Below are positions 10,201 through 20,703 of a stretch of DNA of 50,029 bases, one piece after another. Source of the DNA: Nemertoderma westbladi. Its lineage: Eukaryota; Animalia; Xenacoelomorpha. The position numbers and the translations under genes were made by a program. Under the pieces are notes generated by a model. That model searched no databases. It saw nothing but the letters and a program-made list of their open reading frames with translations, and was not told the DNA's origin. The stretch is from positions 1 through 50,029 of the forward strand of contig JAUCBJ010003166.1 of assembly GCA_032718475.1 (NCBI GenBank), in the 5' to 3' direction. Position 1 is the stretch's first letter. Every line of letters starts with the position of its first letter.

Positions 10201-13200
10201 TTTTTTCGAAAATTTACATTAATTGTACATTTTGTCGACAATTCGTTGAAATTGAAAGCCGGCCAAAAAATTGAAATCCGGCCGGAGCCGGAGCCAGAGC
10301 CGGATTTTATTCTCAAAATCCGGCCGGATATCCGGCACACCCCTATGCCTATTTCTAGCCAACATTTTTTTCGCGCACGAACCCTATTAGGTCGCACCGA
10401 CACACCACAATATTCTATATTTTTATCTTATTAATTAAAGATTATCAAAATTGACCCACATCGGGGCCGGGTTGTATATAAAAAAATAGTATATATTGAA
10501 AATTCGCGGAAAATGGAAGAATGAGGAAGCACATCACTTGGGGTTGAACCAACGCCAAACGGTACTGTGGCGGTCTGCCACTTTAGCGCTAACTCTCCCC
10601 TGATACTTCATTGCTTATTAATTAAATTCATCAGTCCGAATTTGGTTACAATTTTATTAAAGGCTTCAGTTTATGTGGTGGTGGGTGTAAGAAACAGATT
10701 TTGGGAAACTACCTCTCTCTTTATCTCACACTGCTGAAATATGGTTATTCATGGTTTATTGATGGCGTCCACTCAATAATTAATAATTTTCAGTGTCTAG
10801 AAAAAATTACCTTAAATAAATAGAATAAAGATAAAGATATTTATAAAAATATTTCGGAAAACTGAATAATATGGACATTGTGGAAGCAGAAAGTAACAAC
10901 AGATTGGCAAACAGATAAATGTTATTACAGGATAGTTAACTAACTAAAACTCAAAACAGTGCAATATAGGCCTAATTAACACAGTGCATTAGATTCGGTG
11001 CAATGTTAATGTTATAATTAACTAATACACAGTAACATACCTTTGTATTATGAAAATCACTAATTGCATTAATACATTCCTAGTAAAAAAAAGAACATGC
11101 ATTACCGGTACAGATACACATGCAGATTTAAAGATACATTCATACATGCAAAACATTACAGTAACGGAGTCGATTAGGAAACATTGGGTAAGCTTTTAAC
11201 ATGTAACATTATTATATGTGATGGATAAATCGAATAACAAACTCGATGAATGATTATCTATTATTAGCATTCCATGAATCACTGAAACATAGGATTCTAG
11301 AACTGGGTTAGAACATACCTGTAATTCCTCGTCATTCATATCGTCGCATATAGGATCACCCTCGATCTTGTCTTCGGGTTTGCGTTCCAGCTTAGTAACC
11401 ACTAGATTGTCCTCCTCTACAACGTCAACGCCTTCCACGTTACCAACCAGGTCGATGGTATCAACGCTCCCGGTGGGGTCCAGCTCTCCCTGCTCGCTGT
11501 GGGCGGGAGACGACGTGTCTACCGCCGCCGGGGGAGGAGGGACGTTGGGAGGAGTTTCATCCCCACCTTCGGGTTCGGGAATCTACGAGAAACACAACAT
11601 ATTCGATTCTGGATAAAGTGACATAATAAAATTGTCTCATCGAACATATCAGGTAGTAGATTCCTAAAAATAACTTTCAGTTTGGTGCGCAATGGAGAAA
11701 AAACCGAAATATGTCAATATTTAAATGGTATCGCGCTGATTAAATAACATTAACGATACGAAGGATAAAATTTCAATAACTTAAAAAATAATTTCAATAA
11801 TTTTCGTTGGACATGATTTATGGTCTTTGTAAATTAAAAACCTGCTAATAGAAACAGCTCATTCACGGATAATACCAATAAAATTCATTGATACATTGGA
11901 AAGGCCACTTTAACTTCCATAACGGTACTATTTGCGATTCTGGATTATCACAGCTTTATCCTCCACAGCAGGCAAGTTATTTATATACGGCGGTATTTTT
12001 ATTGATCCAGCTATATTTTACGATCAATTGAGAAAAGTCGGTTTACCAGCTACCTGGACTGAAGGCAACTTTATTTTCCCACTTAATGGAAATAAAATAA
12101 AACCACAAATTAATAACAGCTGATGAGTCTATAATTATTGCACAACTATTTACATGGTAAATGAATAACTCACAGCCGGAGATTGTTCCGCTGTAGGTGA
12201 TTGTACCGGGGAGGACTCCGTTATCTGTATTACCGTTGTGGTTGTCGTGTTAGCATCTTTACCCTCGGTATGTTCGGCCACGGTTGTGGTTGTTGTGTCT
12301 GTAGTTCCAGTTTTATAAGCTGTAATTAAATTAGTCTCATCGCCTTCATCAATAAAGGATATGTCGACAATATCAATGGGAGGGCCTTCTCCATCAGCTG
12401 GGTGAACCACTAATGGTGGAGAGGCGGCCGATTCCAGACTATTGGCGGTCTTCTGCTTTAGCAACGGACTTTCTTCAGTCGTGCCCTTCTTCTTGTGTTT
12501 GTGATTGGCTGCAGCCTAAAACAAAAATAATAAAATATCGTTATTTTTACTCCAGTTCCAGCACAACTTCCATAGAAAATGCATTAATACAATAACAAAT
12601 ATGTACCGGGTAAGTAAGTATCGTTAATGGAATTTTTTTAAAACTACAATTAAAACTAAAATTGGAAAAATCCGACCAGGCCATAAAAAAGGCCTTTAGA
12701 AAATGTGTCGAACTACCATCGAACCAAATTTCACTGTATTTACTTGACATTACGACTGGGCGTGGGGTCCTACCTCGTGTGGTTCATATAAACTTAATTT
12801 GTTCTAGAACACACTATAAACACTATAAATCACTATTATTGATATTCGAATGCGATGTGTACTGTGTAGTACTGTCGTATGACTGTGGCTTACAAATTGA
12901 AATTATAATAATTGTTGCTAATAGAATAATGACTTGCACATAGGCCTATTGTTCATTTTAAAAATAAAACTACGTACCGGTAGTTAATTTAAGGTAAACT
13001 ATACGCTGCGTTAAGGGTCTGTCTAATCACCCAACGTTCACTTAAATATAAATATACCCACTACAGCACTATGCTGCTATGCAATAAATAATCAATATAC
13101 AGCCTATCCTATATACCGGTATCATATATCGATATAGGGCCGGCAACTACCGGTACCTAAGTGGTAGCGAAACATACCTCATCACGGTTTCCTTTGTTTT

Positions 13201-13219
13201 TACTGAGGCAGCCGCCCAT
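7024..13219 (-). CDS. Five-exon gene, complement(join 13178-13219, 12174-12515, 11319-11582, 7651-7804, 7024-7268); 348-aa acidic, low-complexity protein with an N-myristoylation/palmitoylation-type N-terminus
   Basis: All four introns are GT..AG with matching phases (0,0,0,1). The 1047-nt spliced CDS is open from ATG to TAA, starts MGGCLSKNK, and its exons are GC-richer than the introns. Confidence 0.75.
7651..7804 (-). CDS. Exon 4 of the MGGCLSK gene: QLILPISSKDDVAGDDDFDFK...PADYSK
   Basis: Acceptor CTGTTTGTTTTGTAG|CAA (phase 0) and donor AAAG|GTTTAG (phase 1). Below the ORF-track cut-off. Confidence 0.65.
7783..8810. repeat. Tandem array of ~17 units of roughly 55-65 bp (core AGAGCTTATAGCAAAGCTTATGGGCAATATCA...CTATAAAACAAACAC) in intron 3, overlapping the exon-4 acceptor
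   Basis: I counted 17 TATGG(G)C/T cores between 7787 and 8803. Confidence 0.9.
8982..10345 (+). mobile_element. Non-autonomous hAT-superfamily DNA transposon relic in intron 3
   Basis: TIRs CAGGGATGTGCCGGA (8982) and TCCGGCACACCCCTA (10331-10345) with GCCGG-rich subtermini. An internal hAT dimerisation-domain remnant reads VMRWLAANKGSFSNL / YLVSPASSIYSERIF. The 8-mer TTTCTAGC precedes the left end and recurs 6 bp after the right end. Confidence 0.8.
9511..9764. mobile_element. ~250-bp MITE (family A, copy 1) nested in the hAT relic
   Basis: Ends GGGGAACTCGACGCAA...TTGGGTCCAGTCCCCCC; closely similar along its length to 29729-29958. Confidence 0.8.
11319..11582 (-). CDS. Exon 3 of the MGGCLSK gene: IPEPEGGDETPP...MNDEELQ
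   Basis: Acceptor TGTGTTTCTCGTAG|ATT and donor CAG|GTATGT; 264 nt, phase 0-0. Confidence 0.8.
12174..12515 (-). CDS. Exon 2 of the MGGCLSK gene: AAANHKHKKKGTTEESPLL...AEQSPA
   Basis: Acceptor TTATTTTTGTTTTAG|GCT and donor GCT|GTGAGT; 342 nt, phase 0-0. Confidence 0.8.
13178..13219 (-). CDS. First coding exon of the MGGCLSK gene: MGGCLSKNKGNRDE
   Basis: GCAATGG start context and donor GAG|GTATGT; 42 nt, phase 0. Confidence 0.7.
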
Positions 13220-13765
13220 TGCCAAAAAAAGTATGTTGCAACTGATCTAACTAATGATGTATAATATATGGCCTGGTGCTGGAACCGGTATGCCTATTAA
13301 ACTTCGGTTTCCTCGGGTTATGTGACTGTGACCAATGCGCCTGTAATGGTTGTGGATTCTGTTCTGATACAGGTTACTCATGAAACCAAAGTATCTGGAA
13401 AATTACCTAGAACTAAAGTACCGGTACCGGTACTGCAGATTTTACGACTGATTGATCCCAATTTTGTTCAGAAGTTCTCCAGTTCTCTGACCTATCAGCA
13501 GCCTACCGTACCGGTATAGTGCGTGCATGTGGCAGTGCAGCAGTGTGGTGTGGATGTTCCGCTTCGGGCAGCACGATATAAAAACATGAGTTTATAATTA
13601 GGCCTATTGCTTCTATTGTCAAAATGTAAATTTTGGGCAGTTTTTGAATTCCAAAATTTCCACCATTTCACCAATTTTACTGAAAACATACGGTACTGCC
13701 TACTGCGGTACCGGTATTAGACTTACAGAAACTAAAGGGTGGGTGGGTATTTCATTTCATATTTT

Positions 13766-14343
13766 GGATGACAGACTGACAGACCGAACGTAATCAGGAT
13801 CGAATGTAACATAGTTTTTACGAATCGAACGTAACCTCAACTATGTTAAATTAGATCCTATAGGCCTAACTGTGTTACATTCGATCTACAAATTACTAAG
13901 CTTCATTCAGCTGTGTTTTGATTTCAGGAGTTAACCGATGAAACTGTGAAATGCGTCGTTTATTTACAGGAAGAACAGTCTGACAGTTTGGTGTTGGTGA
14001 GTACAAAACAAAGACCCAATTAAGTAACCTGCATAATCCTGTAATCTTGTAACATGTGTTAACTTTCGTTTATTGTTTTGGTTCCCCCAACACGCCTATG
14101 TAACCTGCTCCTTTCAGCCTTTAAATAAAAGCAGAAAAGTAACCTGCATAATCTTGTAACATGTGCTAACTCTCGTTTATTGTTTTGGTTCCCCCAACAC
14201 CAACACGCCTCTGTAACCTGCTCCTTTAAATCTGTAAATGGCATTGTTACATTCGGGCTTAGTCAGTTAGTAATTTGTAGATCGGATGTAACATAGTTAT
14301 AGGATCCAATGTAACATAATTGCGGTTACGTTCGGGTCATTCC
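13766..14343. mobile_element. MITE-like foldback element with an internal ~100-bp duplication
   Basis: Inverted ends CCGAACGTAA / TTACGTTCGG and GTTACATTCGATCTACAAATTACTAA / TTAGTAATTTGTAGATCGGATGTAAC. An internal direct repeat lies at about 14024-14110 and 14139-14225. No TSD seen. Confidence 0.65.
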
Positions 14344-15967
14344 ATGCTAATTCGACCAATCGGTGGTGTGGCAAGGGTCGGAAATTTTTGATGAAATTTT
14401 AACCACTTATCAATTCTAGTGAAAAAACGATGTGGTGAAAATTTCAGCCGATTTGGTTTAGCCGTTCTCGAAATATTGATGTTTTAAATTTGGCGAAATT
14501 CCAAAAACCAGTGAAGTACCGGTATATTATTTGAAGTGGTGTCTACAGTTGATCTGATTATCTGTTTAATGTTAATTGTATGTGATTCTAAATAAACGAT
14601 GCCTGAACTTCAATATTTTTATTACTAAATGAATAAACTATTAATCAGAAAGTTGTCAGACGATTTCAAAGTTGCCTCAAAAATGCGAGTTTTTGAAAAA
14701 TGTCCACATTTGAGACCTCAGTACATTAGTCTGACTACTGACAACTAGTTTATCTGCTATTTTAGTTTTCCCGGTTAGAGTGACTCATAATGATTCGAAT
14801 CATATAACTTTAGTAGGTAAACTGATAATCAGATAACAGATAGTCTGTATGACTGAATATCTGGGTGAAGAATATGAAAAATGTCAAAAAATGCAATATT
14901 GGAGGCTCTGGTTGAGAGCTCTGATTATAGCTATGTTCAATCAGTCAATTGTTCATGAGCTTTTTTACCTGACATCTTTGACACAAAATGAGCGCCATGT
15001 CAAAATTTGAAGAGTAAACTAGATGTTCTAGTGTCTAGAGCGTGTATGACTCATTTTAAAATTCTAATAAAATTAAAATTTTAAATGGTCCTGAAGGTGG
15101 TCTGACAATTAGTTTTTTGATAAAAATACATTTTTTCAAACGGTATCCGGGCAGAAGACTATATTTCAAAATTTAAAGCAAAAACTAACAGTCAGACCCA
15201 TTATCTGACCTACTATTTAATTATTTCGAGTAAGTATCTGATCACGTGCTGCTCGAATTCTCGCTCGCTCGATATAAATCGATTTTATCCAACTATTAAT
15301 AGGTGCTGTACTGATAGGCCTATAACATAACAGTATAACAATACATTAATTCGAAATATAAATCAAAACAGCCAGACAAACATAATATAATTCGTTTTTG
15401 ATGTTAAGTAACAGAGTAATTAATAGTCAGATAGTAGGCCAAAAAATAATTAAAATTAATTAAAAATGCCGCAATACGGCGGGTTTGACTAAATACGCCA
15501 CCGACACCTTTCGCATACCACCGACAACAAAAGACACAAAACCGACACAAACCGACAGGTAAAATCACAAACCGACAACTTCGGCAATGTTAGTAAACTA
15601 TTTCAGCAGTTCAGTACATGATTATACAATTTTTATTTCCAGTCCAAATATGACTACTAATACTACAAATATGTATAACTACGGGTGGGGGGGGGGGGGG
15701 GGGGGGTGTGGGTGTCGGTGCCTACATACATACATACATACCTGCATACTGTAGTTCCCTAAGTTACTGCAGTAGTTTTATGTTGTCATTTTATTTATCT
15801 CACCTAGCCTACAGTACATTACCTCTAGATATTATATAAAGCATGTTGGTTAAGGGCTGAAGGGAGCAGGTTTACATAAGCTTTCAAAGCGCCTTTGAAC
15901 GATACTAACTAAATAACACCATGTTCGATTATTTGCCGAATTGTGATTGGCCAAATTACAGTACGTA

Positions 15968-17920
15968 CAGTCGGTGAGAAGTCAAAAATTGGACTTGAGT
16001 CCAAAATTGGACTTCGACTCCAGTTCAAGTCCAAAATTGGACTTCTGTGAGTCCAATATTGGACTTCAAATCAGCCAATTGTTCCAGGGCCTTGGGAAAT
16101 AGGATCGGGCGGGATTTTTTTTCTTTACTCGAAAATATATCAAAAAATAAGAGTTTTGAACAGGGGGACCTGAATTTCACCAGGGGGAACTTTTTTTATA
16201 AGGCTTTGAATTTTTACAAAAGTCCAATATTGGACTTTAAGTCCAATTTTGGACGTGACATTGAGAATCGAACTTAAAGGTACATGACTGCATGAAGCAT
16301 GACAGATGAGAGACAGCCAGACAGCTGTTAAGTTATGGAAAGTTACCTTTGCAGCTCTGTATGTATCTTCAGGGTACTGACTGTACTGTACTTAGAATAT
16401 AATGGTACATTCCAGCATTCTAGCATTCTAGGTACTTTGTACTTTACTTTTAGCATATTGTTTAGTTCACAATTTACATTCATGTTATGTCTAACCTTAC
16501 AGCCTTATGTACCCAGGACTTTATAGTGTCTTTAGGACTAGATTAGATTATGCTCCAACAAATATTTAATTACAAATTATATTTGGTGGAAACTGGTAGC
16601 AATGCCAGGTTACCCAACTGCAGCTGCTGCTAAGGCCAAAGGATAACTACAGTACAAGCTACGATTTCGTCTAAGGCTATGGGAGCCCTATCAGAAAGAA
16701 ATACTACAAGTTGATGCTACCACCATCTCTTCTAATTTTTCCATACAACAGGAAGGGTACCGGTATTATAAAACAGCTGGATAACAGGATAATGAAATGG
16801 GATTAGTAACTGATTAACGCGTTGGGGTCTCCACATAATAAGTACAGAAGTAAGAAGTAACACACGTCATAATCATAAGCCAATTGAGGGAAAGGAACAG
16901 GTTACAGAGGCAGGCTTTTCTAACTAAAACAATAAACGGCCACTTTGACTTTACCAATTGAAGGAGCCCTATAACCTCACCACATACTACTACTACAATC
17001 GGCATGATTCATTGCAGCTGCATTATATATATAGCAGTATAGGCCCTATTATGTAATAAGAATGCTATGCCGGCTTGTTGACAAAAGTGCGCCTCCACAA
17101 CCAGAACTCCCTTACACTCTTACATCCTTATCACCCATGACATTTGCTAGATCATCCGCATCTTCAAGGCCAGTGTCCTTTAAGACAGTAAGAAAGATGC
17201 GTCTCAAGAAAGTCATGGGCTGTCCACCATGCTTATTCACTCCATGAGGTGCACTGGCTGGTCCTCACGGCTTAAAGCGATGTCCTGCAAAGTGGAGGCG
17301 GCTTTGTTCTAGTGTCAAGCTTGGGGGAACCAATGACTGAATGAGACACCTCCAACTCCAATGTTATATAGTGTCTGGTTGGAGATGCAGAGATGTGTGC
17401 ATTGTACTTGACACAGTGAACCTAATCAAAACAATTAGTCAATAAACATCTGAACATTAACTGATTAACTCAATAACATAATAGGTTACAGTTTACAGTA
17501 GTCTTATTTTTGCCATACGAAAATACCACAGGTATGGCAGTATGGGTATGAATGAACTATACAGCTATAACTCAACTACGCTACCGCGGTATACACCGCT
17601 AAGGCAGTAAGGCTACCGCAAAGCTATACCACTTACCGCAAAAAGTAACTACTAATGTCTGACTGTACGTGTGCGATCCCTGTTTATAATACACCGGCAT
17701 ATAATAATTAATTTGATCATTAAAATAATGTTGCATTGTAATTATGTAATATATATGTACTGATACGGGATGCAGTTTTGATTTAAATACCGATATACAG
17801 TATGGCAGCATGGGTACACTTGGAGTTGTACTAAAGTCCAATATTGGACTTTGGAGTCCAAAATTGGACTTGAAGTCTAAAATTGGACTTGAAGTCCAAT
17901 TTTTGACTTCTCACCGACTG
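15968..17920. mobile_element. Non-autonomous TIR element nested in the MULE-like element
   Basis: Perfect 29-bp TIR CAGTCGGTGAGAAGTCAAAAATTGGACTT, subterminal palindromes AGTCCAA(A/T)ATTGGACT, and ACGTA on both flanks (15963-15967, 17921-17925). Confidence 0.85.
16985..17423 (-). mobile_element. 3' fragment of RTE-clade LINE family 2 (copy 2)
   Basis: Collinear with 44257-44645, including the (TAG)n tail. Confidence 0.85.
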
Positions 17921-20703
17921 ACGTACTCTAATTGAGAATGCCAGAATGCTTTGCACGGTATCGCATGCGTCACATCACAAATGGACCACGAATAATTTTA
18001 AGCGTGGCGCGGCTATGCATTCGTATCGGATGTGCCACGAACGAATGAACCACGAATATATTGACAAGTGAAATCTCACATGCGATACGACAGTACGAAT
18101 ACTATACGCATTCTGCATTCGTTACCTAAATTATTCGGACTGACGAACCACAGACGAAGGCTTCACGAATCTTAAATAACATTTCACGCACCTTTCAGCC
18201 TTTTACGAATGTTGCATGTGGCACTAATGCGTTACGCTTGGGGATTTTTTACTGGGTATAATTTGTTATAAATATTTGGACTGGAAATAAAAATTGTATA
18301 ATCATGTACTGAAATAGTTTACTAACATTGTCGAAGTTGTCAGTATACTGTCGGTTTGTGATTTTACCTGTTGGTTTGTGTCGGTTTGTGTCTTTTGTTG
18401 TCGGTAGTAGTCGGTGGCTGGGTGGTATGCGAAAGGTGTCGGTGGTTGTCGGTGGCGTATTTAGTCAAACCCCAATACGGCAAGTTTTGGTAAACGGATA
18501 CATTTTTCAAACAATGTAATAATGACAAAAATACTTCGTAATATAAAACAACAACAACAGCCAGACACATATATGATTAGTTCGGATAAGAAATTAATTA
18601 GGCCCCTAGCTGCCTAGTATAAAAATCACAGCTGCTCATTGGCCCAGACAGCCAGAGCCGAATGCCTGTATGACGAGGCCTACTCTACCAGTCTACCAGT
18701 CTACTATGCTAAGTTAAGTGGGGTATCACAATACTGCAATAAAAAACCGTGTAAAAACCAATAATATATATAATAATAAAAAACCAATAAAAAATGACCG
18801 TGCAGCCGTGAGTGTACACAGTGACAGTAGGCCTACTGCTGTTGCTGTACAGTACTGCAGTCCAGTCTGACAGTGTCTGAGTGTGCCAGTGCCACACTAA
18901 TCAGGCCATGCACTAATACAGTTCAGCAGTTACATTTCAGTCAAGGACTACTGCAGTACTGAGTCTTCAGCAGTTCAGTAGACTTTGATTTCAGTATTTA
19001 GTAATATAAATAACGGATCTGCCTTACCGCTGTACCGGTGTATGCCTATGCCAGCCACAGCCAGACAGCCAGGCCAGTTCAGCAGTTGAAATCCAACCGA
19101 TGTAGGTACCTTTACAGTCTGACAGTGTTACTGATGCGTTCATGTAATGTCTGAAAAGACTGAAAGGATATCCAGATTACTGGATAAGGCAGTTTTAAGG
19201 AAGGTCCAGATCAGGATTATGACAACACTGATTGGTTTTTGACTCATGAGTAAGAGTAACAGCAACTACAACTGTTACTGTTAGTAGAGCTTGTGTCATC
19301 CTTGCAGCTACAGTATCCATGCTCTGAAGTACTCTATAATGAAGCCGAAAATTTAAAGTCACTGCCAGAACATGTAATTATTTAACATGAGGTAAACCGT
19401 AGTGGGATAAGCAAGGAGTTACACGTTCGTGGGGCCTTCGCCCAGTTCACGTGTTCGAAAAATTGACTTATTCCCCATTTGATAGCGAATGACACTGACT
19501 GACTGATATCGAAAATATCGCTCCGTTTTTAGCTAAAAAAGCAAAGAGGTTGTCCCAATACAGGTACCGGTACTTAACAAATATAAATAATAAATAAAAA
19601 ACTGTATATACTGTAAAATCATGCTGCCGTAAAATGCCCCTTTTCCTCAATTGTTAAAGTGGTCGTTTATTTGTTTTGGTTAGTAAATCCCGTTTCTGTA
19701 ACTTGCACCTTTCCCTAATTGGTAAAGTGAACGTTTATTGTTTTGGTTAGAAAAACCAGCTTCTGGAATTTCTAGCATCAGCTATCGAACATCAGCTTCT
19801 CACCTAATCGATACTAAGACATATTTTTATAAACAATGATAAGAGATACCCCCTTGACCCCGCATTCACCAACCGCACCTGATGCCGTTGCGCACCACGA
19901 ACTCTGCCGGAACACAGGAAACTCGTGAAAGTTGTGAGAGAAACTGTATCACCCCCCCCCCCCCCCCCCCAATCCCCCCTCCCCCAACCTATGTAAATAG
20001 TATTTTTTTACGTTGCATTTTTTAAGTTTAATTTTGATTATAATGTTTGACTGATTGGGGAGAATCTATAATAAAAAAATGATATACATAGTATCATATT
20101 CTCAATATGCCAGGGTACCAGTACTAACAATTTTTACACTATAGCACTGTAAGCCCACTTCTGGTCTGTTATTCTGTGCGACTATTATTGTTTCTGATCT
20201 GATACCCCCGATATCGGATTATCGGATATATTGAAAACTTGCAATTCGCAGTCTCTAAATAAACAGTCTCTAACTTAGATAACGCCCTCATTGTTGTCTA
20301 GAAGGGCAGGGTTGAAAAGTGTTGTAAACGCCACGGACGGAATTTAGAGCACATTAGTCCTTATCCTCCTATCCTATGTATATCATGTACAATTCTCATA
20401 CTTCCTCTCAGTGAAGTACTAGTGGACCCTGTATATGAATCACATAAAAAAGTTAGAACCTGGCTTTCTATTGAAGTGAAATGGCCAAAATTAGACAGGC
20501 GTCACGGACGGAACAGAGAATTAATATCTAACATGTACTTCAACTTTCACTCAATATTCCTTCGAATTGTGACTCTTTCCATGGGATTTATGTTATACAA
20601 TTTAGAATCCGACATATCTCACGATCACTTTGAGCCCAAAATGGAGAGCGTACAATGATTAGTTATGATTTTAGGTTGGTTTGAGTAACAGTTGTCCAGC
20701 GTC

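Larger units (their letters stand above)
15481..18472. mobile_element. Non-autonomous Mutator/MULE-like element (~3.0 kb) with long TIRs and a 9-bp TSD
   Basis: TIRs of ~170-200 bp start GGGTTTGACTAAATACGCCACCGACA (15481-15651 vs 18272-18472). Perfect TSD CAATACGGC at 15472-15480 and 18473-18481. Confidence 0.9.
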
